From Balanoglossus misakiensis (taxonomy: Eukaryota > Animalia > Hemichordata): 64,000 nucleotides of DNA. Under the pieces are notes generated by a model. That model had not been told where the DNA came from. It ran no database searches and saw only the letters and a list, made by a program, of their open reading frames with translations. Location: NCBI GenBank assembly GCA_040954595.2, contig CM082581.2:4084699-4148698 (forward strand). The letters run 5' to 3'. Numbering within the stretch: position 1 is the first letter of the stretch; each line of letters begins with the position of its first letter. Below are positions 27,258-59,265 of the stretch, in pieces. The position numbers and the translations under genes are program-made.

Positions 27258-29514
27258 TATCTGCTGCTTGATCGTGAAATTTCCAATGGTTGTAGAAGCC
27301 CTGCCAACATCATCTGAAATGTAACAGTGGTTATATATACACACCAGCTGCCCTCTGATGTTCCTTGTCCCTGTAGGATTTTAAAACCGTATTATACCAA
27401 TACGACATAAGGATATCAGTTACTAGAGCTGTTCTTACCCCTCATACAAACCATGCTTCTATTTCCCTGTTAGTACGTAGCAATTATAGCAATAGTACCA
27501 TTCAATCAGTTTCTGGAGAACCAAATTCTGGAAAATTAAATTAAAGGGTAGTGACCTTGTGGCCGTCTTGACCCTTTGCCAAAACCACACATGGACGGGA
27601 CTGTCTTCGATCGGCCAAAACCACACATGCAGCCTTCTGCTTCTATTAACTTCTGATCATGAAACATTATCCTCTTCCAAGGCTTATTTTTATTGAGCAA
27701 GGTACTGTGAAACAAGGTCGTAAACTTTTTCCAGGATAAATAAATAGAACGCAGCTTTATCAATTTTCAGGTACAGATTAATGATTTAGCCAACTATCAC
27801 AATACTGAACAAGTCAGTTGCTACTCTAATTGTCTGTTTTTGATCTTTAACTTGAGTGTAATTGAGCTTGGCCTCCAATCAAACAGCCACCTGGTATTTT
27901 CCAGTTCAGTTACGACAAGGGATAAATATCCTGAAAATTGGGATAATAAATATCCTTCTAATTTTCAGATAACAGAAATGGTGATGGTGACAATGATGTT
28001 GATATCCCGGAATCCAGTTATTTATCCCATTTGTAAATTTTACAAACAAATGTGCAATCACCATACTCAACCTTTGGGTGGATAATATTCTTTGGTATTC
28101 AATATCGCCCCATGTTGTTATGAGCAACAAATGCCCAGCTTCTGTTTCACAACAGACTTGCCTTCACTTTCCCAATGACTTCAGCTTTGAGTGGCCGTGA
28201 CGTAGCTTTCATGGCTTCAATATTTCATGCGCTTGCAACAGGTGAAGCTGCTGAACGGATCTGGTCACAGCAGCTGCTGCCAATAATTCCGATCAATGCA
28301 AAAATAAAAACCATTATATCGTTGCATATGTTCCCCTGTGCTCATTCCCCAAGACACCAAGACCTTCCCTGTCAATGTCAAGGTATAATATGTTTATGAA
28401 AGGGAAGTATTTGAAAAATTTTCAAGGTCATATTTCATGAAAGATATCGCACAGTTTCAGATTCTGAGCATCTGAACATTTATGGTATTTATAATTGACT
28501 TAAAACCAGAAATTAACAGATTTCGGCAAATGTAGAGGTAATTTGGTCTCAGTTTTGTCAACTGGTTCTGTTGATATTATAAAAAGGATTCTTACCTACC
28601 TCTGTCATCGCCATCATCAGCAACAACCGCCAGTTGTCATTTGACTTTTTCAGAAGACTCAAATCTTTGGAAGTGCTAGTCCGGTGTACATAATTTACAA
28701 AGATGTAAGCATCTTCCAACACTGCAGCAGGTCACTCTTGTTTATAGGTCATTAAATTAATAATTTCTGTGTTTAGTGTTTCCAGACAAATATGCTAGAA
28801 TGAAATTGTGACCTCGCTGTAGAGGCGCTGTATGTGTTTGTGGTACCGTCCATGAATTGTGAGAGGAGAAGTCACAGAGGTTTGTCAACGCTGAAGTGTT
28901 TATCATATCACATGTTTCTGACATGGTAAAATAAACAGTATGTCCCCTGTAAGTAATGCCATTACTGTCAATCTCTGTCGCCCTTTAATGCTTAAATTCT
29001 TGCAAATATGTGCAATTGTTTACAAAACACATATTTCTTGATCTTGCGTTTATGGGTTTCTTAGGCCACTGCCCACTTTGTTTTACGTCTTATGCAATAC
29101 ATGTGTATACCATCTGTTTTATATTCCATAAATTATATTCATCATCACTTATCAGGGGGAAATTCTTGTCTCCTGGAAGAATTCGCTGAAGGAATTCAAA
29201 GTTTTCTTGTAAGAAAAGGATCACATGAGGTCAGCAAAGATGTTACTTGAGCTGACCTTTGCACTGCTAAAGTTTTTTTGCCCCAGCCAATCAAATCATT
29301 GATCCATGTATCAGGAGGATAGACAGACCCCCAGCAGAGTTGGGTCATTATCATCTAACACAAAATTCATGAAATAGATTTAGTGTTGATTACTTCAAGA
29401 CTCTAGCTGGCCCAACCAAGCCCAAGGAATTAGGTATTCTCAATCTTTTTCTTTATTTTTTTTCATGTGTTTTTCATTATTAATTATCCGTAGTCACCAA
29501 TTTGTTTTAAATGT

Positions 29515-29524
29515 AATTATTATT

Positions 29525-29562
<38 letters not shown>

Positions 29563-29582
29563 TATCATTGTCAGCATCATCA
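29515..29582. repeat. (ATT)/(ATC)n microsatellite
   Basis: Visible trinucleotide run. Confidence 0.9.
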
Positions 29583-30199
29583 CTGATCTGGCCATACCTA
29601 TTTTTTCTTGGCAACAAAAAGAACTTCTTTCTCACTTACAGCTGAAATTATCTCAGCTTGCTGTTTGGGTGTGGAATACATTTAAAAATTGTGTTTGACT
29701 TTGAGCTTGTTGTTGTCATTGAGCACATGCCCTCATATGCATTACTTTACTTGTTAAAAATAATTTTTGTGTTGGACTGATGTGTCAGTAGATAAAATTG
29801 ACTACTAGAACTGTAATGTCCAGCTGTAGTCTGTGTATGTATGCAAAAACCACTATCTTATCATGGCTTAAAATCACCAATAGGTCTGAGTGCAAGAAAA
29901 ATTTAAATGTCCTTCACAGCCAAAGGGCGAGCTGCGATAGTTTCTGTCATATCTCTTCAATCGTCCTTATATTGCAAGGAGAAAGGACCTACTCAAATTT
30001 AAGAACATAAAAACCAGATTTTAAACTTTTTGACTATGGACTCATTTTTCTGTGGGGTTTATGGTTTTGAACTTCCTGTAATGTGCAGTGGAAATGAAAC
30101 AAGTTGTATATTTCCATACAGCGGATGTTTTCGTTGTCACTTCCTTTCAATTACTTTTGTAGTGATTTTGATACACTGTTACTATATAAATTGCGTCAT

Positions 30200-33100
30200 A
30201 TCCATGGCAACGTGTGTGTGCTTAGAATCTGGAGTGTAAAATGTACGCGATGGCGGAACTTCGTTGGCTGTGACCGCCCTCATCTAAGTACATAAATTAC
30301 TCCAAGCCCACCTGATTTTTCGTCACGGTTTTGGTTATGCGTGGGCATTGTGTGGTATTCAATTGATCTACAGATTAACTAGTGATTTAACTTTTGGCGG
30401 GAAATCGTTTCTGTGCATGACGTAATGCCTTTTACAGCCACGGTCCCTCTACATAGCAGGCCAGTAGTTACGTATTAAAATGCCTTTGGTGAAATTGGTT
30501 TTCTTTCGGTCCTGTGAATTTCATAATTTTGGCTATAATTTCAGTAGTATGGAACTTCAAGTACGTGTGTCGCCATGTATCTGTGTCGCGATGAGGAAAC
30601 TTGTCATCATATGATTTTTTGAACTGTCATAAAAACTAAAATCTGAGTCATTCTCTGGGGCCATTTCCCCTTCCAGAAAAAATGCTGCGCAACACAGCAA
30701 CTTTTTGCGACCGTTTACTTACATTTTGTGGTGCGCTTTTTTTCATCCCGCCCGCACACTTTCAGAAAAGCTGTTAAAAAGTTGCAGTGAGTGCCACGTC
30801 ATCTGAGTAATGTTCCTTCCCAACTTTTGAAATAAAAAAAATCAAATGAATAAAATAAATTAATTCCGCCAACGGCATTTACCCCACTCTGATTTAAAAG
30901 AAAAACGAGCTGTCGAAATCGTTAAGATTCAACAATCACAAACAATGCACAATGCGTCGTACGTGCGTATCTAATTTCATTTGTCTTGGGGCTAAAAAAT
31001 CGCCATTTTAATGTTTGAACGAAATAACCTGATGATCACGGACGAGCGACCGTAACACTAACATAATGCGGACGTGCCACGCGCCAATTTCGATCGGTCA
31101 TCTGGCCAGTTTCAAGATCCAAACCATTTCGCAATGCGCGTGAAACGTGGCAAAAATTGATCTATTGGTCACGCTAGTGTCAAGCTTTGCTACACTGTTT
31201 CTGATCATGTTCTGATCGACCAAGAAAAACAAGGTCTTCATAAAAGTGTTCGGGTTTTTGCGAACTTTTGATTTTGGAAGCCCCGGCCCCGCTGTACCCA
31301 AGTGAGTTTTGTACAGTGTGCTTAGAAAAGTTGTAAGCGCTCTGAGACATCATGAACGACTTGTCGAGAAAATCAATACGACTTATAGGGTGCTTCCTTC
31401 CTGTACTGTAGCCTCCATCGGAATGTCGGCGCCTGAGCATCACGTATGTAAATATCTATTTGGCTTTTTTGTCCGCGTCGGTGACGTCGCTTTCAGTTGA
31501 ATGACCTGTTTACGTTGATGAAGAAACTCACGTATGGGGTATCTGTACCCCTGACAACTTGACGTCTTCAACTTTGTGAAAACTTAATAAGAACTTTTCC
31601 CTTCAAGTTTCGGGTAATTGATGATAAAAGTGACGCTCCCGAACGAAAATTCCAGCCCCTGCATGGAAAATGTCAACTTTGGCATTTTGAAAACTTAGTG
31701 GAGGGGGCTAATCCCTGATTGTGGATGTTTGTTCAGTCAACCATGCCACCCCTATTTTGAAAGTGGAATGGTCCCAGAAAAAAAAAAAAACGATTTGTTG
31801 CACCGCCCATGCGGAGCATTGCTGAGATTTCATGGAATTCGAAACGTCGGTAGACCTATGTGTTGGAATGGAGGTGAGTTTGGAAAGAAAGTTTCGTGCT
31901 GTTTGACAACTATCTCGTCATCGTAACCGCAGTAAGTCGGTAGCCCGATCGAGAGAGAGACAGGGAGAGAGCATCGCGACGACGATCGGATAAGAAGTTT
32001 GAAAGATCAACGCGCCTTTACTTCAAGAGTTGTTTTCACACTTTGAAGTTTGTGGACAGTTTTATGCATAGAGTGTGTGTCCACCACCACCACGCCATCA
32101 TCCACCGTGATCATCTCGACTAATGACATGATGCCGTCATGTAGCGTGTTATGATCGCATATATACAGTGTCAGCGATCGCGGGATATGTAATATGTGTA
32201 ATATATTGGTGACATTTGCACGGAAGGGCACTAAGATTCCACTACGAACTTGCAGAGCGAAGTTCTCAGAAGACTTTTGCAACACTTGCTGTCAGTGTGT
32301 CTGGACTCTGTGAAACGCAATGCCAGTGGAGCTGGTTTGAGATCGCATCCAGTGGACCTGAATCAACAAACAGTGAGCTCACACGATCTGTAAAACAAAG
32401 TTTTTTTGAGCGTAAGTTTTCGTGTCTTTGGATACATTTTCGTATGAATTCCACCTGTGTTATGGTACGGCTTTTGAAATTTCACATCATTTCGTGGTTT
32501 GAGTCTTTAAAACAAACTCCAGGTCAGTTTTGATCTTCAAGACGTGTGTGCGTGGGATTTCAGTGGGTGATTTGTGCAGTGGCGTGGAAGTCATAATGGG
32601 GGTCCTTGTTAGTGCGTTTGTTGAATACTCTGGAGTGGACCCAGATTTCCATGGCGTGAAAAGAAAATGCGCAGATTTAAGACTATCCTAGTTTTAAAAG
32701 AAGTGACAATGGTTGTCGGTTTGTCCGTCACGCTGCTATCTAAAATCCCGCGCGAAGTCTGGATCACTTATAGTAGTTGTAATGGCTAAACAGTAACTTT
32801 TACCAATGTCGCCAGGATTAAGACAAACATTTGACCGACGGTCTGAGAGGCCGAGAAACACTGGCAATCATTTCAATACACTCTCAACCTTGCATGTCTG
32901 GTTGCAGGACAGAAAAAAAGTACCATATTTAAATGGAATCTTCACACTTAGTGCACGGATGTTAGTTGGGTTTTGTTAAAAATTTGTGTTTTTTCTTGGG
33001 AGAGCATTTTAGTCTCCGTAGTTTGCATTCATTGCAACAAAGTCGAAAAAATCGTCTGCACAAGTCGCCCGACGGAAAGTCCCCAGACAAACAAGTATTT
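30200..33100 (+). promoter_or_regulatory. CpG-rich putative FGFR promoter and non-coding first exon (donor CAG|GTCAGT after 32522)
   Basis: Sharp local rise in CpG density relative to flanks, GA-repeat at ~31950, and a good donor upstream of the 36349 acceptor. Boundaries are approximate. Confidence 0.55.
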
Positions 33101-36100
33101 GCGGTTCTCGAAGCTTGGAACTTGATATATGACATTTAGCAAGTTCAAGTTTGTGTGGTACCTCCATGGTTGAAGCAAACTGTTCAAACGCATTGTTTTT
33201 ACAATTTGGTTGAATGACAGGGATTAGAAATTTGTTCACTCACTAAAGGACATCTTGAGATGCTGTTTGGTGCATCAATCAAGCATCATACACTTGTAAT
33301 AATTAGCACCAGTATATTAATGACCAACTGGACGTGATCAACATTTAGCTGAAGCTGGCTGAATCAAATCTACACAAGAGTGCCAAATACCAGTGGAGGT
33401 GCCAATTTACACCCATCCTAGCTGTATTCTCAGATTTACTGCTGTAGTAAAGGCTAATTATGTCAACGGACATACAAGTTGCTCAACTGTATGCATGGCT
33501 CAGTACTTCACTTTTTTTGGCCTGGGCTTGTGTGCAAAAGGTGAAAATGCTCCCATGGTAAAAGTTCTGTCCGAGACCGTGAAGTTCTATTGCAAATTTG
33601 TATGTTGCAACATAGACTTGCAATCATAGACTGTCTACGGTTGCAAGTATAGGTTTTGACAAACCATCAGAAATAGCATTAATAGAATTTGTAATTGTTT
33701 TTATTGAAGTGCATGCATAGTTGTAAAAGTTGTAGAGAGACATGCTTTCAGTGAGATGTGTTGTAGGGGACAGTAACAGGTGACAACTGGCCGGAAAATG
33801 ATACTATAGCTGATACAGATCGAACCATTGTCATGCATATTTCTCAACGAATGTGAGAAGTGTGTGGTTTCCATTGTTAGAAGCATGTAATCATATTCCT
33901 GAATGGATTAGGGGAACCTCTTAATAAATATTCAATCACATTTACTACACCTGAGTGTGTTGGACAATGAGCCCCGCTTTGAAAAGAAAAGAAAAAAACC
34001 CCTAGCTCTATCTATTTATAGAGCCCAGGGAGCATGCGTTGATGTGTGACTGCCCAATGGACTCACCTTTTCAGACAATGATGGTTTTGTGGATGTTTAT
34101 CATGTTGTCACCTTAGCACACACTCCAGTGTATTTATTGTCCTCAAAACACCTGGCAGCCTCAGTGATGCACCTTCAGGTCGCCCTTAATACCCGCCAAG
34201 GTTTCCCAGACTCCCACAGTCGCCTTTCAGGTGACACGAATGGGTTGAACTCTGATTCTGAATTTAGCTTCCCCCCCCCCTCCCCTAGTGCATAGTCCCC
34301 CATCTGAATGTACTCCGCTTTCAAAGATGGCTTTCATAGCCCAGTGTTTATGATGAATCGACAAGATTAATGGTTGTTTCAAATTGCCACAGCCTAGTTA
34401 TTTGTATTTGATAAACGGGGGTACTGTTGGCTGTCCTGGTACAGAAAGCATGTACAGCCGTGGGCACAACACCAACGCGAAATCTGGTCTGCATTATGTG
34501 ACGAATTGTACTGTGAAGTTTATCTGCTTAGGTTTCATGGCAAGTTTATACCCACCATGGCATGGTGAAACCATTTGATTTTCTTTTATCATTTCGTCGA
34601 CTAAACCATATTGCTAAGATTATCAAATTCTGATCATTTTTTTCAGAAAAAAAGAGTGGTCAAAATGCTATATAACTTTTAGTTCTACCCGTTAAGACAT
34701 GGCCTAACTTCAGTTGTTAATAAGTGTTCTTTGGTAGAATTCTGTTTCTCTGAAATGTTGGTTGCGTATCCGCGACCATGCCACAGAAAAAGTATTCAAT
34801 CGAAAGACTGTATTGTAATGTCACATTTAATTTCTTAGGAACAAAATTTTGATGGTTAATTGCCATAACTAAGTGTGAAATCTGATGTTTACGATGGTTG
34901 AGAGTAATCATGCCTCCTGGGGAAAAAATCATTACAGTAGTTTGTGGAATTTGTCGCTTTCATTTTCTCCTCTCAACTTGATTCATGGTTAATGCTGTTT
35001 TGTTTTCTTCAAGATGTAATTAACAGAATGTTTGTGCTCATAAAAGCTATTTCTACACAAGGTCTTTCAGCTGGTCAAACATCAGTTTAACTGCGTCATT
35101 GGTGGTGACCATCATAAGTATATTTGCTCTTCCTGTAATTTAGTCCACATGTTGTGGTGAATGCACGGGACCTAAAATGTAGAATGTTGAATCATACAAC
35201 ATGTGTACATAGTTTTCTTTGCTAGAGATGATCCCAGGTCCCAAATGATTTCTAATTACGAGATGTGGGTATTCCAAGACACCATTCTGTTGTTGTCATG
35301 CAGATGACACGGGAGATGATCAACCCTGGTAGGCCGTGCAGAAGTCACTAAACAATTTGGTACAAAAAGTCGTGAGTGTTGACGTCCATGATCAATTGTT
35401 AGGATACTCAAAACGAATTCTTAAACAGTACCTGTCACTAAATTTCCCTGGATTGCTTCTGTCAACAAAATCAGATAAATTTATGCATTACTGATTGAGT
35501 TTTGTATTTTCTTCAAAACTGATCACTTTTGACTGTCATTCCGTGAGTTGTGTTACGGTTCACCCTGTATCCTTCCTCAAAGAATGATTAAAATAAAAAA
35601 AAAGTTTGATGAATGAACCTGCGAAACTTCACCGAAAGATTTTGACGAAAATATAAACCGAGGGATATGGAACAAAAACTTTCTTTGACAATCTGAGATG
35701 TCATTCCCCCAGCTAACTTTGCCTCTAGCTGTCATGAGTGTCATACCACCAATAAACCTCAGGGAACATATCAAATCTAACTGATATCTAATTCAGCGTG
35801 TCTACAGATATTATTTCCATTAAATTGACCGTCTGTCTGATATAGCTGTGATATCAAATGGCGACCAAGAGGGTAAATCTCACTTCTTTAGTACGAAGAA
35901 CTATGGAAATGGGCGATTCATAGAAATTATAGTCATTAGACATCCCTTGTAAAATTTCCTTGCTGCTTATTGCATTTCCCATCTTGCTTAGTTTAAAACT
36001 AGAACTTTATACATTTTGGTATTAACCACGTTTGTTATCAAATCTTAAACACTTTATTCCGAAAAAGATCTTATACCAATTCTTCAAACAATATTTCGGT

Positions 36101-36426
36101 ATCCAGTAAAAGTTTTTCCAGGTATGTTTTTTACTTAGAACCACCAGACACGTAACATGTATCATGCATGGTGCCTCATCAGCATCTTGGCATTTCGTCT
36201 GCCCAGTCGTCCTCTTCTCCATATTGCTGAATTTGCCCGTCAGCTGGAAATTTGAAAGCAAACGGAACTACGTCTGACATAATCATTTGATATCGAAGAA
36301 TTGATAACACATAATGATATATCTTCTTGATGTTTTCTCTTTTTGCAGACGCAGGGGTTGGTGTTGCTTTGATACATACAGCGCCCATTTCTACTGTGAG
36401 AGAGACATGTACACAGGACTTTAACG

Positions 36427-53036
<16,610 letters not shown>

Positions 53037-56000
53037 AAACAAAATATATATATAGAAGATATAAATATATATATATAAATATAAAACTATATAAAATGTA
53101 CAGAGGGGTAGGTAGATCAGCACAGACAATTGGAAGGTATGATGTATAAATGTAAACTTATGGAGACTTTAGTGATAGCTGCATTACAAAGTGCCAATGT
53201 GATGAAAAAAGTACATGTTACAGTAGATAGGCTTATAAGTGAATGTAAAAATTTGATTACTTAGAAACCCGATCATGGTTACAAATTTGTGATTACAAAG
53301 CAACTCTTCCTGTTTGGAGTATTTGCCAAGTGTGTGGATGGTGAACCAAAGACCCAGGGATGGCCCGTAGTGCCATCACCCCAAATGACAGTTCTTTCGA
53401 CGGAACGAACACTGAACACTGCCATGTGACAAACAATTATCTATATGTGCTGCAAGAGATACACAGAGATTAGCTGACTCTTGATCCATAGTTATAGATT
53501 TTGTATAAAGAGAAAAAACTGCCAGAAATTGCACCGAAACTGCCATGGGAGTCTTCGCAACACAGCGTGGAAAGTGTGTGTGTGTGGGAATGTGTTGAAA
53601 ACACTCGTTCAACTGAGGACCTCCAAAGACACTGCATGGAATTCACAGAAATGTAGCCATTGGGGAAAAATGGACTAATGCTGACATGGAGTTTCATTGC
53701 CATGACAGTGGAGGGACTGATGCGGTTTCCATGACAACAGTTATACAGTATTTCCTTCTAGACACTTGACACAAGACAAGTGAGAAGACATGTAGACACT
53801 CCAACTGAAACCAAGCGAACTATATATAGTCTATGGACAATAAGGTTTCATACTGATAGGAAACAGTTGACAAGACTTGCATGAGATGGCAAAGAAGCAG
53901 AGATTTTAAATACTGTTACATATATTGGGGTCAGTCTACATTTAGAAAATGCCTTGTCAAAGGAGTGGCTGATAACAGTTCTGAATGTTCATTTCGTTGA
54001 TAAAAAGTTTTTTTTTTCATAATTTAAATTGTAAATTACAGAAAACGACTTTATGAGTTGATTTTTTTTCAGTTTCCAAGGGATGTTAACAATTATTTGG
54101 TGCATGCAAGTATCATGGAACAAAAAACTGAAAGAAAATTCGGTTAACTTTGGCCAAATCATTTCTGCCATTTGAAATACATGTAAGTGTAACTAGAGAG
54201 TTTGAAGTCTTATACAAAATTTTATACAGAGTAAAAAACCAACTTTATTTGATTGTACAAAAGTGATTTTTAATATTGATTACCATTTATATTCATTCAG
54301 AAAAAGAGATGGTAGTTGTGTAGCTGGATAGGTCGAGTTACCCAGGGACATTAGTCAAACAGTTTAGATGTTAGAGATACAAAGATCATGTACAGTGAGT
54401 GACTGACAAGTATGAAAATATGGGTTGTATTAAGCGACAACACATTCTTAACTACTTCAGTGTCAATTTTTGATGGTACTAAGCATAGGCCACTGCCAAG
54501 GTGTTTATATAGCAGTCTGACATTGGATTTTTATAGTGTTTTTTATCGTTGATGATCAGGATTTACTTAAAAGAGTGCGTGAAATATGGCCATGTTATTT
54601 TTAGTGCCATGGGTACATTGAGCAGAGTTGGATCATGTCAGACTGGAATTTCTCGTGTTTACAATTTGCTCTATATATAGTGCGTGCCTGCAATTGAACT
54701 CAGTACACCGAAATGCTTTACGCAGGCTGCAATCAACAAATTAGTTATGATATATGCCTCGCGTCTTTATTTATCCAGAATCACAGGAAGTCATTCATGT
54801 ATGGAAACAATATTTGAAAGGGCAATGGTTGGCCTCGCGAGTGGGGAAACCATTTGTCTCCGTTAGAAATTCCGAGAATGTCGCAGATTCGTGCTACATC
54901 TATCAGAATTTGCCTTTTACCATCTTGGTGTGTGTCTGAAGCAAATAGAAACTCGGGGAAATATGTCGTGTGATGGGAAACCGTAGACTCTTACTTGGTA
55001 GGTAGCAGAGCTGGAAGGAAATCTTAGCCCAATGTACCCTGCGGGCTTGAAACTTATACTTTAGTTTAATGTTGACGCTTCATTTGCTACAGATATTAAC
55101 CAGCTGCGGGATACAAAACTAAAGCATGTATTTTTCTGCACAGTAGACAACTTTGAAACGTGGAGAAAAAAAAAGTCTGCTGCTCCGCTAGATATTAACA
55201 GCGATTTCATCGACAGCTTTTCGCTGAATGAAAGTGTAGACGAAAATGTTTATACAGCACAAACGCTTCTGTTCAAATTCCTGGCATTGAATCATTGGAT
55301 TTGCCGACCCTGAAAAAGAAAGGGCCAAAAATAACCGTCAAGGAGAAGCAACCAATGTCATGTCTGTCAGAATTTGGTGAAAATTGAAGCGTGCGTGTGT
55401 ACGTGACCCTGTAGTGTAGGTCAGAGGTCAAAAGTCAAGTGCCAAATTAGTTAGGTTGATCTTTTTCTATTTTTATACAAATTTTTGTATGTCTATTTTT
55501 TTTATCAATGACAGGTATGTTTAAGCTTTGCAAGCGTGATGCCATACTTAGTGCCTTCACTAACCATAGCTTGGTTTCTCTTTTTTAACAGCTATGCTTT
55601 TGATCATCAGCATGCCTCATTTACTAAATTGTCATTTGTGTGAGTTGTAGGGGGTGGTGGTGATGTCCAAAGTCTGAGCAGACAAACCCATGTCCAAGAA
55701 CTACACTTTATTTTTGCACAACTGAGAAAAATTGATTGCCAGATTTCCATGTGTTTTGACAAGAAACGTTAATTTCTAGCTTGTTGTTACCACAAAAGTT
55801 ACTTTTTTGTAAAGTCTGTCACCAGACCAGAAATATCTGTTGCATGCTTTTTATATTGCAACTATTTGATACAAATTTATGCATGTGTTTTATTCTGTGC
55901 AGATGTATTCAGAACTTCCTTGACAAGCCAAATAATACACAATTATATTATAACTGGGATGACCTTTACAAGATGTGTTAATTCATGAAATATTTGAAAG

Positions 56001-56320
56001 ATTGTACCAAACTGCCAATGTATTTTGATTATCAGTTTTCCTGGAATCTAATGATGGGTATTTAAAAATGATTCGCCCGTCAACTGCCAATGATACAGCT
56101 TTAAACAAAACAACCAAAGCAATGAATAAAAAAACTCTGTCATCATCATCATCACTGCCATTGCTGCATCCAAAACATGACCTGGTGTTCTTAATAGGGC
56201 TTTGTCAGAAAATTTTATCTCTTGTACAGAACGTCGGATAAACTTTTAGCAGTACAGATGTTTAGTTTTGTAAAGTGTTTTTCGGAGTACTAAATAAAAG
56301 TTTGTTCCCATAAGAAAATT
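53037..56320 (+). other. Probable long FGFR 3'UTR with polyadenylation signals AATAAA at 56125 and 56293
   Basis: AT-rich non-coding sequence after the stop. Two AATAAA hexamers, the second followed by a U-rich tract. CpG depletion ends shortly after. Confidence 0.45.
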
Positions 56321-59093
56321 CTCGCGTATTTCTTTTATTGGTTAATGGTTCAGTAATTCCCACAACTTGAAGACCACCCTCCCCTGTGCGTTACCCTTTG
56401 GTGAACTCCAGATTTGGGCTTGGATTTCTGAATTGACCTGCCTGGCTGCCACGCCTTTATTCATCAATTTGCTCTATTGTGTGAAGTTGACATCATGTAA
56501 CCAAAGAAGGTTGTCTTGAGTTGACCCTAATTTGCATACATCGGTCCTGTCTGTGAATCAACTGGGAGAGAAATATGTGATAGGACAAAAGTTGATTAAA
56601 CTGAGGGCTCTGCCATTTTATTGGAGGGGGTAGCAGCTAGTGGACAAAATTTCTACTGTTAATCCTTTTAGCCAGGCTTCATAGACAAACCACACCAACA
56701 AATATAACTTGGGAGGAGAAGATTCAACCCTATTGAATATCCAAGATTTTGTTTGTCATAGATGAATAAAGTTGCGTTCAGCTGTAACCTGGCAACCGTC
56801 CCAGTATTTTTTCTGTTGATAAACTGCAGGATTTTATTCAACTGTAAACTATAATGAAATACCAATATGTAAAGTCCAGTGCCGGAAAAAATGGCATCCA
56901 GGCTCCTTTTATGGTTGTATGTGCCTTGAAAATCAATTAAAGTAGTGTTTTCAAAAAGACTCCTCACACACTTTAATACTAGTATTTCACAGAATTGAAA
57001 AGTTAAGGGGACTGTAATTTTTCTGGAAATCTGTCCCCGAATTGCGTACTACCTTAATGTACAAGCTACTGAACATTTAGCATGCTTCACCAAGTAGAAC
57101 AAGGAAGTGTAGTTGATGCACAAAACAAACAGAGTGCAAAGCTGAGTCAAATCCCATAAAATTGATTTGCATTTATTTTCTCTTTAATAGTTATGCATTT
57201 TTCAGTATTTTCAACTGAAACAAATTCACGCTGAAGAAGCGAAGATTTGGAAAATCCAGTGCTTCCTGCAGCACTGTTCGTGTTCAGTGGAAATACAAAC
57301 AGAACTTGTGAAAAAACATCTTGTGTTTCAGTCGTGTGAATGGTTCTCAGTTCAAACAGACAGTTGGACACCAAATGTCGAACACTGATGAGACAATTTG
57401 ATTGTGCTGCACACAAAGTTGCAAGCAGCACGCAGAGGCCGAATGCGAGGGGCTGAAAGAGTTTATTCATAAATTTGAGTTTCTTCTCCAAGGATATCCA
57501 CCATGTGCATGTACTTTGTTGAATAGCGGATGACAGGTCAATGGAAGGTCCTGTATCTTATCAGTGTGCAGTGTATTATTGTAAATAGATGTGATGGTAA
57601 TCAATTGGCCTTACAGACTAACATCTCCTAGCTATTAAAGCAGTTGTGTGTAGCTCTTGGATTCTGACCAATTCTCCACACCAGGCCATCATCTATACCT
57701 CCATCGTTTTAAGGAAGACCAGTCAAACTTTTGTGGGAAGAGGCTTACTGAAAGTGTTTAGTTGGGTTGATTTGGTGATTCAGACTGTAGCCAAGGCAAC
57801 TAAGGAAGATCCGGCGGAGTTGTGGCAGGGCGAGCCGAATCCCCGAGTAGATGCGTGAATTTAAACCAAAATGGATGATTCATAGTGGCACAAACGTTGC
57901 GGGTGCATCAAATAGACTTTCAAAACGTATCCCCCGGCCGACGTTGCGGGCCCACCCGTTTGCTTCTTTATAGCAGAACACTCTCTTCAAAGATCTTTAC
58001 AACTTTCCTTCACGGTACTTGTCGCCTATTGGTGTGAAGTTGTTTGCAGAGTCTTGTCGTTTTCTTATATATGTCACTATACTTTTTTGATACCATATTA
58101 TTATCTCAGACAGCTATGTGCCTGTGGTAGTTTAGAAGTTGCAATACATTCATGATTAGACACGGAATATTTTAATCAGCCAAATTGCCTCTTCTGGGGG
58201 TTGGGTGGGGAGAAGTCTATGAAAGCTGTTTGACCCTTCAGAAGTCAGTTGCGGGCTCCCCGGTCGGTTTTGGCAGTTCGTCTTGGTGAATTTTTCGAAA
58301 TAATGATTGTATGTTGTCTGTTTTTTCTACACAGAAGAAAATCAGGGTCGATATGTAATGTCCATGATAATGAGTGCGAAGCTCACAACTTCTATTCTTT
58401 GTTTCAAAATTACAGCAAAATGTATTTTAGTTATTTCATCACGTGTATTTTGGCAATTTGAACTCTTTCTTTTTGACCCTTCCGACTCAAGTTGAGTACT
58501 TTTAAATCAATAATAAAACTTGTAGGTGATGCGTGGACGTTCACAGGCAATAATTTTGAAGCAAACAGTGACAAAAATTTGTCTTGGTTGCAGACTCCAG
58601 AGTACACAGCACGGGTTTGTACAAGTTGGAATTCAAACTTTTCGGCATTTCTTAAAAACCCAATCTATTATTGACTTCGGGTGAGCTGTGCAATTAATAT
58701 TGCTAATACATGTACATGTATTGAAATAGATTTAGGGGTAACTCGTTTGATATTTGGGGGGGGGGAGCTGGAGGAAACGGCCAAGGAACGACTTTTTCGA
58801 TAACGGCAAGCCAAGAAATTGAATGATACCTGTTATATACTAAGTCAGTATGCTAACTGGAATCTATAATGTACATGTATGTTTTATAGGTTTTCATGGA
58901 GATGAATTATCTCGGTTGATGAATGCTTGCCAACTGAAATATGAGGAAGTATTTTAAATGCAGAGTTTGCATATCACGAGCTTATGTGCATCGATTGCTC
59001 AACAAAAGGATTACAGAGTCAATGCCAATAAACATGAGTGGAAATCTGGCATACTTTCTTTAAAATGCCGCCGTAGGCGACAGCTCCAGATTA

Positions 59094-59265
59094 GGGACTG
59101 GTCAGTTCTTTCGGCCTGGGGGTAGATACAATTTTGTGGATATCAAGAAGTGACTGCCTCCTCATTGAACATGGAAAAATGGGTGACCCCACCCTATCAC
59201 CCAATTCCATAACAGGGTGACCTCCCCATCGATACAACCCCAGGCCGAAGAAACTGATCAGTCCC
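59094..59265. mobile_element. PIF/Harbinger-type MITE
   Basis: TTA|GGGACTGGTCAGTTCTTTCGGCCTGGGG ... CCCCAGGCCGAAGAAACTGATCAGTCCC|TTA; ~28-bp TIR with 3-bp TTA TSD. Confidence 0.8.
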
